Below are positions 1 through 8,470 of a stretch of DNA of 36,171 nucleotides, piece after piece. Numbering within the stretch: the first letter of the stretch is position 1; each line of letters starts with the position of its first letter. A program made the translations under genes and the position numbers. The notes under the pieces were generated by a model, which worked only from the letters and a program-made list of their open reading frames with translations, was not told the origin of the DNA and made no database searches. Source of the DNA: Methanobacteriota archaeon (lineage in GTDB: Archaea > Thermoplasmatota > Thermoplasmata > RBG-16-68-12); the NCBI GenBank assembly GCA_005878515.1, contig VBLZ01000096.1, positions 1 through 36,171 of the forward strand. Direction: 5' to 3'.

Positions 1-1556
1 CCGACCATCGGGTCCGCACCGGTCCGGAAGACCTCCCGCTGGCGCTTCTCGTACACGTACATCTCCGTGATCGCGTGCTCCTTGCTCTCCTCGTCAATCG
101 CCATCTCGAGGTCCTTCATCGTGAGACCTTCCTTCTTCCGCTCCGTCTTCTTGAGCAGGATGACCCGCTTCACGAAGTTCTTCTTCGCGGTCGTCACGAT
201 CGCCTCGATGATGGCGCCGGAGATGATGTCCTTCCGCTTCACGGTCTTGATCGCCTCTTTCGCCTCGGCGTCGAGCTTGACCTTGACCCACTTATTCTCC
301 CCGTAGAGTTCATCGAGGACGAAGCGGCGCAGAGCGTCGACCGCCTCCTTGTGGCCTCCGTACATCTCGTCGAGGCTCTCCGCGGTCGGCAGGTCCTCGT
401 TCAGGTAGATCCGAAGGATCTCCTCCGCCGCCTTGCGGTCCGGACGCGGGATTTCGATGATCTCGTCGAAGCGCCCCGGCCTCAAGAGGGCCGGGTCCAC
501 GAGGTCCGCGCGGTTCGTCGCGCCGATCACGAAGACGTCGTGGAGCTCGACGAGTCCGTCCATCTCGCTCAGGATCTGCGCGATGATGTTCTTGTGGACG
601 CCGGATGTGTCCATCATGCCGCGGACCGTGAAGAGAGCCTCGATCTCGTCGAAGAAGACGATGCTCGGCTTCTTCTCGTGCGCCTGACGGAATATCTCCT
701 TGATGATGCGCTCGCTCTCCCCGACCCACTTCGAGAGGACGTCCGCGATGCTGACGTTGAAGAAGGTCATGTCGTTCTCCGTCGCGATCGCCTTCACGAG
801 CAGCGTCTTGCCGCAACCCGGGGGACCGTAGAGCAAGATCCCGCGCGGCGCCTGGAGGGAGATCTGCGCGAACAGCTTCGCCTCCTGGTACGGGAGCACG
901 ACGACGTCCTTGATGCGCTCGATCGCCTCCATGAGCCCGCCGATCTCGCCGTACGTCACGTTCGGCTTCTCGCCGAGGAGGAGGGACTTGACCTCGAGGT
1001 TCGGGAGGATGTCGAGGACCTCCATCGTCGGAGGCAGGACGCCGATCTGGAATCCGGGCTTGAGCTTCTTGAAGACGTTCTTGTCGCAATCGATCAGCCG
1101 CTTCTCCATGTCCCCTTCCACGGAGATCACGAGCTTGCCGTCCAGCATGTCGACGACCTTCGCGATCACGCCCTCGTTGCGCACCGCGCTGCCTTCCACG
1201 ATCGCGTACGTCTGCGGGTGCACCCAGACGTATTGGCCGACGCCGAGCTGCGACTTGTCGACCAAGCCGGTCGAGACCTTGAGCAGTTCGGTCGCGCGCG
1301 CGACGACAACCTGGTTCCCGTCGAGGTCGGGACCTTCCTTGCGGACGACGTACGCGTAGAGGAGCGGCGGTTGCTTGATCTTGTTGAACTTGTCCTCGTA
1401 GGCTTTCAGGCGGTACTCCCGTTCCTCGATCTCGTAGCGGAAGGAGTGAAGGTCGCGCTCGTACTGCCGACGGAGGCGATCCATCTTCTCCTCGAACTCG
1501 TCTCGGACTTCTTCCGCCGACTTCGACACCTTTCCGTCGCCCTCGTCACTCGCCAT
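1..1556 (-). CDS. AAA+ ATPase of the proteasome-activating nucleotidase (PAN / ARC-Mpa) type. The N-terminus is complete and the C-terminus runs off the left edge (at least 518 aa).
   Basis: It is absent from the supplied ORF track because there is no stop inside the window. Reverse-complement translation from the ATG at 1556-1554 gives MASDEGDGKVSKSAEEVRDEFEEKMDRLRRQYERDL..., a coiled-coil N-terminus. Two OB-like segments follow. Walker A is GPPGCGKT (nt 804-827), Walker B is IVFFDEIE (nt 639-662), and the second region of homology is ATNRADLVDPALLRPGRFD. The frame stays open to nt 1. Confidence 0.9.
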   Translation of the reverse strand, partial: MASDEGDGKVSKSAEEVRDEFEEKMDRLRRQYERDLHSFRYEIEEREYRLKAYEDKFNKIKQPPLLYAYVVRKEGPDLDGNQVVVARATELLKVSTGLVDKSQLGVGQYVWVHPQTYAIVEGSAVRNEGVIAKVVDMLDGKLVISVEGDMEKRLIDCDKNVFKKLKPGFQIGVLPPTMEVLDILPNLEVKSLLLGEKPNVTYGEIGGLMEAIERIKDVVVLPYQEAKLFAQISLQAPRGILLYGPPGCGKTLLVKAIATENDMTFFNVSIADVLSKWVGESERIIKEIFRQAHEKKPSIVFFDEIEALFTVRGMMDTSGVHKNIIAQILSEMDGLVELHDVFVIGATNRADLVDPALLRPGRFDEIIEIPRPDRKAAEEILRIYLNEDLPTAESLDEMYGGHKEAVDALRRFVLDELYGENKWVKVKLDAEAKEAIKTVKRKDIISGAIIEAIVTTAKKNFVKRVILLKKTERKKEGLTMKDLEMAIDEESKEHAITEMYVYEKRQREVFRTGADPMV

Positions 1557-1858
1557 TTTTGGATCACCGCGGGCTTGCGCACGCGAGTCGTTCAGGACGC
1601 GACGGCATCCGCTCTCGGGACGCGAGTCTGTGGAACAAGCTGCCGCCTCGTCCCATCCCTTGTTAGAAAGTGGCATCCGGAATTAAAGCTTTTGTTATCG
1701 GTACTGAAGATGGGACAATCCTGCGACGCGTGCGAAAATCGTCGCGTCCTCCCGGAGGAACGTGATCGCGCGTCGCGATTCGCACGCGGTTTCTTGTTGT
1801 AGCGAACGGACTCACAGAAATACAGAGCGCGCACGCTCGCATCGTGCGCCCGATGTCC

Positions 1859-4800
1859 TTACGTGTAGCTGCCCTGGATCAATTTCTTGATGTACGGGGT
1901 GAGGACCCGCGCGAGGCCCATGTCCCCGTCCCAGTCTTCGATCTGGTCCCAGTGATGATCTTCCATGTCCTTGATGCATCGCTCGATCTGGCTGGTCCAG
2001 CTCTGCGAGCCGTCGCCTTCGATCCGAGCCGCGAGCACGAGCCACTTGCCGCGGCCGATCAGGATGTGCATGTGGCCGACCGTCATCTCGTTTAGGTCGG
2101 CGTAGTCGTCCCCGCGGAGAGCGTCCTTGACGAACGCCTGCACCGCCGTGAGCATGCCGCTCAAGATGTCCGTGTCGACGTCGGGTCTGAGCCGTCGGGT
2201 CTCGTGCTTGATCAACAGGCCGTCCTTGTGATTGAGGAGGAACACATCCTCGAGGATCGCGTCGCTCGACTTCGCGGTCGTCGTTGGCGGCGGGGCGGCG
2301 GGCTTGGACGCCTCGGCCCCTCGTCGACGCAGGATGAGGAACGCGGCCGCGGCGACCGCCGCGCCGACGAGCACGAGGATCCACCAGAATTGCGCCAAGA
2401 CGCCCGGGGCGGTCGCGAATTGGAAGGTCTTCGACTGCACCATCGTGTTCCCGGCGAGATCGCGTGCGGTCGGATCGATCACGACGAAGTAGGTCGCTCC
2501 GGAATCGAGGTCGCGCGCCGGGACGAACGTCATGACGCGGGAATCCGAACTCCACAAGAATGCGCCGTCCATCGCGGGCGTGATCGAGAACGCGGCCTCG
2601 ACGGAGCTACGGTTCATGGGCTCGCTGAACGTCACGATGATCCAAGGCGTCAGGTTCGTGTTCGATCCGACGGGCCGAGAATCCGTCACGAACGGCGCCA
2701 AGACGTCAACAAGCGTCCACGTGTCGTTCGTCGCGGGAGCCGCTTCAACGTTCCCCGCGCGATCCCGCGCGATTGAACGGAAGGCATAGACATGGGCGCC
2801 TTGCCCCACGAATGTCGCGCCGGTCGCCGTCGTGTTCGTGTATCCCACGAGATCCGTCCAGGGATTCGTTCCATCTTTCCACTGAATGGCATATGCCGCG
2901 ATATCCGTCGTGCCGACGACGGGGCCCCATGCAATCGCGAATTGGAGGGCGTTCTCGTATCTCGGTAACGTCGTGACGGCGGAATCGGGTGGCGTGACGT
3001 CCACGATCGTCCACGACTCGTTTCCGGTCACCGTTTCGGTGTTCCCCGCGTGGTCCGTGGCGACCGAGCGGAACTGGTACGTGTGGCCATCCTGGCCGGT
3101 GAACGATCCCGAGGTCGTCGCAGCCGTCGCCACGAGCCAGTCCGTCCAGCCGGCCCCGTTGTCATTCACTTGAACGTGGTAGGTCGAGACGTCCGTCGTC
3201 CCCTCGGTCGGTCCCCAGTAGACGGTGAAGGAGAGGGAGGCTTCGTACCTCGGCAGGGCCAGCGTGCGGGAGGTCGGAGCGATCGTATCGACCATCGTCC
3301 ATGTGTCGTTCGATGCCGGGGGGACCTCGACGTTGCCCGCGGCGTCCGTGGCGATCGACCGGAAGGCGTAGATCCCTTGGCCCGAGGCCGTGAACGTCCC
3401 GGACGTCGCGGTCGTGCCGACGAGCCAGTTCGTCCAGCCGGCGGCTCCGGCATTGGATTGGATCGTGTAGGAGGCGATGTCCGTCACGCCCACATCCGGT
3501 CCCCAGGACACAAGGAACGCGCTCCGGTTTTGGTACTGGCTCAACGCATTCACATGGGAGCCCGGCCGGACCGTGTCGACGATCGTCCACGTATCGTTCG
3601 CGGACGGGCGGGATTCTCGGTTCCCCGCGGCATCCTCCGCCGTCGTGGCGAACTCGTACGCCCCGTCGGCCGACGCCGTGAACGAGAGGAAGCCGAAGTT
3701 CCCGCCAGGTTGGACGGAGTACTGAATCCAGATCGCGCTCCCGGCCGTCCGGTACCACAGGGTGATATTGGCCACCCCAGTCCCGTTCCCGTCCGAAGCG
3801 CTGTACGAGACCCAGAAGGTGAGCGTGTTCTCATACGTCGGCAAGGGGCTGGCCGCGGACGTCGGAGCGTCTTTGTCGACCATCCCGAACGATTCCGTGT
3901 GGCTGGTCCCCATGTTTACGGACCGCGGGTCGTTGGTGAACGCGTAAGGCGGGTACATCACGCTGACCTGGGTCACGTTGTCGGTCGGGACCGGCGAGTT
4001 CACGTAGATGCGGTCCGTGACGAGGATCCAGGATTGGATGCCGGAAGGGGCCGTGCGATCCCAGATCGTCGTGCTTCCGTCCGCGACCTTGATGTGGGCC
4101 CCGGCGACCGGCGTGAAGCCGTTCGGCCAGAGCGCGTCGACCTCGAGGAAGTTCCGGACGGTGAGATTTCCTGCGGCCATCACCGCGAGCTTCGTGAACG
4201 GACTGTTCACCGCAATCGCTTCCGTGTAGTTGTCCACATAGAACTCGTAGCTACCGATCGACGACAGCGTCGCGTTGTCAGCCGTGAAGTGGATCTTGGA
4301 CGTCTTGTTTCCGATGAGGTAGTATCCGTCCGCATAGGACGACTGAATCGGGGGGCCACTGCCCGATCCACCTTTCGTCACGCCCGAGATCGTATCCCCC
4401 GCGGAGAGGCCATTCAGGACGAGTCCCGAGATGACGCCGAACGCATCCCCGCCGCGGCCACCGTTCGTCCCGATGAGCGAGTCCCCGCCCCGGCCGCCTT
4501 GCATCGCGGTCACCCAGTTCGACGAGAAGCTCGGAGACGTGTACACGGCCGCGATCCCCGCGGCCGCGCCCCCGTTGCCGCCGAACCGCGTGCCGACGCC
4601 CCCGGCTCCGCCGGTGACGATATCCACTTGGTTGAAACTGGCCTGGGTGTTGTTGAATGCGCCGTCGTTGTTCCCGAAGAAGATGACTCCGGTCGCGTTG
4701 CCGCCGTACCCGCCGCGCAGGCCGCGGCCTCCGTCCCCGGCCGTCAGGGTCGTCAAGGTGTTGGCGTGGACCGTCGCCGGGCCTGCGACGTAGAAGACCG

Positions 4801-6235
4801 CGACCCCGTTCGCCGCGCCGCCGGTCCCGCCGTTCCCGGATCCTCCGCCGGCCACCGCTCCGTTTCCACCGATGCCGCCTCGGATGTTCTGGAGAACGTT
4901 ACCGCTCGCATCGACGTTTCGCGCACCGATCAGAAACACCGCGTCCGCGTCGCCGCCGGTGCCGCCGTTCCCGTTCGTCGTCCCACCGGTTCCACCGAGT
5001 CCCCCGCCGCCGCCGGACACTCCGTCGGCCGTGTTCGTGAATAATTGACTGGTTCCGATCGAATTCACCACTTCGATAGCGACGGCCGTCCCCGCGTCTC
5101 CGCCTCGGCCACCGGTCGTCGTCGTGGCGCTCCCGCCACCCGATCCCCCGTTTCCGCCCGTCATGGTCGTGACCGTGTTCCACTGGATCATGGGATTCGT
5201 CGTGCCGACGACGACAATGCCCGCGGCGGAACCCCCGTTGCCACCACGACCTCCCGTGCCTCCAGTGTTTGCCTGACCGTCGCCCCCACGTCCTCCGCTC
5301 ACGCTCTCGACTGCGTTGCTCGTGAGCGAGGCCGAGGGCGCCCCAGACACGTAGATCCCCACGCCGATCGTGCCATCACGCCCCGGAGCCCCCGGACCGA
5401 TCCCGGCAAGCCCTGGGGAGCCGCGGACACCCTGAACCGTGTTTCCGTCAATCGATGCGGTCGCCCCGCCCGTCACCAAGATGCCCATCGCGAAGCCACT
5501 ACTCACGTTCGTGATCCTGTTGCCCGACACCGTCGGGAAACCCGGCTGCTCGACCTGGATCCCGATCGCGGTGTTGTTGATCGCGTTGTTGGAAATCTGG
5601 ACGCTGGAGGCGTTCGCGTACACGCCCACGTTCGTCGCGCGGAGGATCGTGTTGCTCGAGACATAGCTCGATGACCGAAGAAACACGAATCCGGCTCCCG
5701 CCTGGATGATCTTGTTGCTAATGATGTCCGGAGAGCTGTCCGTCGCCGAGATCGCTCGGTCGACGCGATCGAACGTCGACCAGGAAACGGAGCCGGATGA
5801 GCTGGCGTTGAATTGGATGCCGCCCCACGGGGTTAGGGATGACGTGTTCGCGGCGAAGGTGATTGGTTTCGCCAGGGTCCCATCGGCTTTCAGCTGCCCG
5901 TCGACGAAGAGGTGCACGCCCGGATCGAACCTCACCGTCGTCCCGGGCATGATCGTCAGGGTCCAAGGAGCCCTGATCGTGACGGCACCCGTCGCGATGT
6001 AGAGAGTGTCGGCCACACCCCAGGTCACGTCCGTCGTGTACACGCCTCGGACGTACGTGGTGGCGCTCACGGTCGGGGCGCTGACGAGCAGGACCGCCCC
6101 GATCGACCCGAGGAGCGCGAGGGCCACCGCCACGCTTCTCATCGAGAACCGCGGGGGGTGGGTGCGCATGCGAGGCGGCGTCTCCCGGGCGAGGGCATTC
6201 CCCGGCCCAGTGCCGTCCACGTTCTCCGCTTCCAT
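1859..6235 (-). CDS. Large type-I membrane surface protein. It has a signal peptide, parallel beta-helix (PbH1/NosD-like) repeats, a Gly-rich GGxGG segment, four Ig/FN3-like repeats of ~97 aa, an SbsA-type Ig-like domain, one TM helix and a ~130-aa cytoplasmic alpha/beta domain.
   Basis: The ORF is 1,458 aa. PbH1-like text: ISNKIIQAGAGFVFLRSSSYVSSNTILRATNVGVYANASSVQISNNAINNTAIGIQV. Ig-like text: SEPMNRSSVEAAFSITP...VVIDPTARDLAGNTM. The TM helix is FWWILVLVGAAVAAAAFLILRRR (about nt 2326-2391). The signal-like segment MRSVAVALALLGSIGAVLLVSAPTVSA begins at internal Met32 (nt 6142), and Met23 is at nt 6169. The true start may therefore be 6169 or 6142 rather than 6235. Confidence 0.9.
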   Translation of the reverse strand: MEAENVDGTGPGNALARETPPRMRTHPPRFSMRSVAVALALLGSIGAVLLVSAPTVSATTYVRGVYTTDVTWGVADTLYIATGAVTIRAPWTLTIMPGTTVRFDPGVHLFVDGQLKADGTLAKPITFAANTSSLTPWGGIQFNASSSGSVSWSTFDRVDRAISATDSSPDIISNKIIQAGAGFVFLRSSSYVSSNTILRATNVGVYANASSVQISNNAINNTAIGIQVEQPGFPTVSGNRITNVSSGFAMGILVTGGATASIDGNTVQGVRGSPGLAGIGPGAPGRDGTIGVGIYVSGAPSASLTSNAVESVSGGRGGDGQANTGGTGGRGGNGGSAAGIVVVGTTNPMIQWNTVTTMTGGNGGSGGGSATTTTGGRGGDAGTAVAIEVVNSIGTSQLFTNTADGVSGGGGGLGGTGGTTNGNGGTGGDADAVFLIGARNVDASGNVLQNIRGGIGGNGAVAGGGSGNGGTGGAANGVAVFYVAGPATVHANTLTTLTAGDGGRGLRGGYGGNATGVIFFGNNDGAFNNTQASFNQVDIVTGGAGGVGTRFGGNGGAAAGIAAVYTSPSFSSNWVTAMQGGRGGDSLIGTNGGRGGDAFGVISGLVLNGLSAGDTISGVTKGGSGSGPPIQSSYADGYYLIGNKTSKIHFTADNATLSSIGSYEFYVDNYTEAIAVNSPFTKLAVMAAGNLTVRNFLEVDALWPNGFTPVAGAHIKVADGSTTIWDRTAPSGIQSWILVTDRIYVNSPVPTDNVTQVSVMYPPYAFTNDPRSVNMGTSHTESFGMVDKDAPTSAASPLPTYENTLTFWVSYSASDGNGTGVANITLWYRTAGSAIWIQYSVQPGGNFGFLSFTASADGAYEFATTAEDAAGNRESRPSANDTWTIVDTVRPGSHVNALSQYQNRSAFLVSWGPDVGVTDIASYTIQSNAGAAGWTNWLVGTTATSGTFTASGQGIYAFRSIATDAAGNVEVPPASNDTWTMVDTIAPTSRTLALPRYEASLSFTVYWGPTEGTTDVSTYHVQVNDNGAGWTDWLVATAATTSGSFTGQDGHTYQFRSVATDHAGNTETVTGNESWTIVDVTPPDSAVTTLPRYENALQFAIAWGPVVGTTDIAAYAIQWKDGTNPWTDLVGYTNTTATGATFVGQGAHVYAFRSIARDRAGNVEAAPATNDTWTLVDVLAPFVTDSRPVGSNTNLTPWIIVTFSEPMNRSSVEAAFSITPAMDGAFLWSSDSRVMTFVPARDLDSGATYFVVIDPTARDLAGNTMVQSKTFQFATAPGVLAQFWWILVLVGAAVAAAAFLILRRRGAEASKPAAPPPTTTAKSSDAILEDVFLLNHKDGLLIKHETRRLRPDVDTDILSGMLTAVQAFVKDALRGDDYADLNEMTVGHMHILIGRGKWLVLAARIEGDGSQSWTSQIERCIKDMEDHHWDQIEDWDGDMGLARVLTPYIKKLIQGSYT
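2709..3878 (-). repeat. Four tandem coding repeats of ~97 aa (Ig/FN3-like) inside the 1,458-aa protein.
   Basis: Each unit follows the pattern D(K/T/V)xxP(T/G/D)Sxx...LP(R/T)YE..L.F.V.WGP..G.TD...Y.IQ......W(T)(D/N)W......T...F.G..G..Y.FRS.A.D.AGN.E.....ND(T/S)WT(I/M/L)VD. Unit boundaries read DKDAPTS / DTVRPGS / DTIAPTS / DVTPPDS / DVLAPF. Confidence 0.8.
4430..5310 (-). repeat. Gly-rich degenerate coding repeats (GGxGGxGG turns alternating with short hydrophobic strands, about 45-50 aa per unit).
   Basis: The text runs SVSGGRGGDGQANTGGTGGRGGNGGSAAGIVVV...TGGNGGSGGGSATTTTGGRGGDAGTAVAIEVV...GGGGGLGGTGGTTNGNGGTGGDADAVFLIG...GGIGGNGAVAGGGSGNGGTGGAANGVAVFYV...GGRGGDSLIGTNGGRGGDAFGVISG. Confidence 0.75.
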
Positions 6236-6243
6236 ATATTACT
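6236..6243. promoter_or_regulatory. AT-rich TATA-like element (ATATATTA / TAATATAT) in the divergent region between the 1,458-aa gene and acd.
   Basis: This is the only AT-rich octamer in the 114-bp divergent intergenic region. It directly abuts the ATG at 6235. A TATA box should lie about 26 nt upstream of a transcription start, so this placement argues for a downstream start (6169 or 6142). Confidence 0.3.
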
Positions 6244-6349
6244 CAAATGTCGCCGTTATCCCGCGTGATACCGACTTCGCAACCGGATAACGGCCGCCGC
6301 ATCGGACGATGCGAGAACCTTCAAGCCGCGCCGAGGGTTTGGCCGCCCG

Positions 6350-8470
6350 ATGTCCCGCACGGGACTCGATGCGATCTTCTCGCCGTCGTCCATCGCGATC
6401 GTCGGCGCGTCCCGTCACCGCGGGAAAATCGGATACGAAATCCTTCGCAATCTCATCTTGAACGAGTACCAGGGGACGATTTATCCGGTGAATCCGAAGG
6501 CGACGAGCATCCACGGGATCCGTGCCTACCCGAGCGTCCTCGAGATCCCCGGCCCGGTGGACCTCGCGGTGATCACCGTACCCGCCGAGGTCGCGCTTCA
6601 AGCCGTCGAGGACTGCGGAAAGAAGGGGGTGAAAGGCCTCGTCGTGATCACCGCGGGCTTCCGAGAAATTGGCGACGTGGGAACGGACCGGGAGGCGCGG
6701 CTCCTCGCGGTTTGCGCGCAATACCGCATGACGATGATCGGCCCGAACTGCATGGGTGTGATCAACACCCATCCGGACATCCGCATGGATGCGACGTTCG
6801 CGCCGACGCCGCCGTTGCCCGGCGGAATCTCGCTCGCCACGCAGAGCGGCGCCCTCGGGATTGCGATCTTAGACCATGCGAAAACGCTTGGCGTCGGTTT
6901 CGCGAAGTTCTGCTCCTTAGGGAACAAGGCGCAGGTGAGCCTGAACGATCTCCTTGAGATGTGGCATGAGGACCCGGATACGAAACTCATCCTCGCGTAC
7001 ATCGAGAATTTCGGCAACCCGCAAAATTTCGTCCGGATCGCGCGCGAGACCACGAAGGACAAGCCCGTGATCGCCGTGAAGTCGGGTCGATCGGAGGCCG
7101 GAAGCCGCGCGGCGGTTTCGCACACCGGTTCCTTGGGGGGCTCGGACCTCGCGGCGGAAGCCGTGTTCTCCCAGACCGGCGTGCTGCGGGCGAACTCGAT
7201 CGAGGAGCTGTTCGACCTGGCGATGGCGTTCGCCTTGCAGCCCATCCCCCGAGGGGACCGCGTCGCGGTCGTCTCCGATGCGGGCGGCCCGGCAATCATG
7301 TGCGTCGATGAGCTGGTTGCCCAGGGCCTCCGGCTCGCGGAGCTGGCGCCGGCGACTCGGGCGGACATGAAGAAGTGGGCCCCTCCGGAAGCGTCGCTCC
7401 AGAACCCGATCGACCTGACCCCGCAAGGGAGCCTCGACGATTACCGCCGCGCGATGGACGCCGTCCTCGCGGATGGATCCGTCGACGCCGTGATCGCGAT
7501 CTACGTGCCGCCCGTACGCGTGGACGAAGTGGACGTCGCCCGCGCGATCTGGGAGATCGCCCGAAAACACTCGAAGCCGGTCTTGTGCAACTTCCTCGGA
7601 CGCGCCCAAGATAGTGCCGGCTTCGTCGAGCTCGTCACGCATGGCGTGCCCTCGTACTCGTATCCGGAGAGCGCTGCGCGGGCGCTCGCCGCGATGCACC
7701 GGTATGCCCGCTACCGGGACCGGGACGAGGGAGACCTTCGCACGTTCCCGGTCGATCGCGGCATTGCCGAATCCGTCTTGGCCCAGAGCAGGGCGGAGAA
7801 TCGAACGTTGTTGCGCGCCGAGGAGGCGAACCGCCTCCTGGAGACGTACGGGATTCGCACCGCGAAGACTCGGTTGGCACGCACCGTGGCGGATCTGCCG
7901 GCCACCGCGGCAGAAATCGGATACCCGGTCGTCCTGAAGGCGGTCGGCCCCGCTCTTGTGCACAAGTCCGAACTACAAGCGGTCCTGCTCGATGTCCGCG
8001 GGAAGGAGGACCTAGTCGAAGGGGCGTCACGCCTGGCCCGCCGCCTCCGGGACCGAGGCGTCACCATCGAGGGATTCCTGGTCCAAGAGTTCGTGACCGG
8101 TGGCACCGAGGTCCTCCTGGGCATGACCCGAGACAAGGTCTACGGGCCGTGCCTTGTCTTCGGACTCGGCGGCATCTATGTCGAATACCTGAAGGACGTT
8201 GCCTTCGGACTGCCGCCGTTGACCGATCGGGACGCGATGCGAATGATCGAATCGATCCGGACCTTCCCGCTGTTGAAAGGCGTGCGAGGCGAGCCTCCCC
8301 GAGACGTGAAGGCGTTGCAAGACGCCCTCCTGCGACTCGCCCAGCTCGTGTCGGATTCCGACCGGATCCAGGAGATCGATCTCAATCCGGTGATCGTCCT
8401 CCCGGAGGGAAAGGGTTACCGGGCCGTCGACGCCCGGATCGTGCTCGCGCCGGCCCCGCCGCGGGTCTAG
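6350..8470 (+). CDS. acd: Acetate--CoA ligase (ADP-forming), fused alpha/beta subunits.
   Basis: 706 aa. The CoA-binding N-terminus reads SIAIVGASRHRGKIGYEILRNL...YPVNP. The phosphohistidine loop is AVSHTGSLGGS. The C-terminal half is ATP-grasp-like (GYPVVLKAVGPALVHKSELQAV). Length and domain order match the fused archaeal ACD enzymes. Confidence 0.9.
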   Translation: MSRTGLDAIFSPSSIAIVGASRHRGKIGYEILRNLILNEYQGTIYPVNPKATSIHGIRAYPSVLEIPGPVDLAVITVPAEVALQAVEDCGKKGVKGLVVITAGFREIGDVGTDREARLLAVCAQYRMTMIGPNCMGVINTHPDIRMDATFAPTPPLPGGISLATQSGALGIAILDHAKTLGVGFAKFCSLGNKAQVSLNDLLEMWHEDPDTKLILAYIENFGNPQNFVRIARETTKDKPVIAVKSGRSEAGSRAAVSHTGSLGGSDLAAEAVFSQTGVLRANSIEELFDLAMAFALQPIPRGDRVAVVSDAGGPAIMCVDELVAQGLRLAELAPATRADMKKWAPPEASLQNPIDLTPQGSLDDYRRAMDAVLADGSVDAVIAIYVPPVRVDEVDVARAIWEIARKHSKPVLCNFLGRAQDSAGFVELVTHGVPSYSYPESAARALAAMHRYARYRDRDEGDLRTFPVDRGIAESVLAQSRAENRTLLRAEEANRLLETYGIRTAKTRLARTVADLPATAAEIGYPVVLKAVGPALVHKSELQAVLLDVRGKEDLVEGASRLARRLRDRGVTIEGFLVQEFVTGGTEVLLGMTRDKVYGPCLVFGLGGIYVEYLKDVAFGLPPLTDRDAMRMIESIRTFPLLKGVRGEPPRDVKALQDALLRLAQLVSDSDRIQEIDLNPVIVLPEGKGYRAVDARIVLAPAPPRV

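Noticed and set aside
75-1802. 575-aa plus-strand ORF in the track.
   Set aside because: It is an antisense shadow of the AAA ATPase gene. Its composition (L/R/D/E/V/H-rich) carries no recognisable motif, while the minus strand carries Walker A/B and a complete PAN/ARC-type domain order.
1557-1858. Small GC hairpins in the PAN/surface-protein intergenic region, considered as terminators or a small RNA. They are GCGACGcgtgcgaaaatCGTCGC near 1727-1750, ATCGCGcgtCGCGAT near 1774-1788, and GCGCACgctcgcatcGTGCGC at 1829-1849.
   Set aside because: The stems are only 6 bp in GC-rich DNA, where such palindromes are common. None is followed by a clear oligo-T tract, and I saw no tRNA-like cloverleaf or conserved ncRNA motif. 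I cannot support a call without expression or covariation data.
3050-5044. 664-aa plus-strand ORF, together with other plus-strand ORFs between 2204 and 6290.
   Set aside because: They are R/G/D/P-rich shadows opposite the 1,458-aa surface-protein gene. High GC keeps the antisense frames open.
4430-5310. Gly-rich block as evidence of a PE_PGRS-like or bacterial origin.
   Set aside because: The similarity is compositional only. There is no PE domain, and the flanking domains and genomic context look archaeal.
6917-7963. 348-aa and 256-aa minus-strand ORFs over acd.
   Set aside because: They are antisense to a well-supported acd reading frame and have arginine-rich, shadow-type composition.
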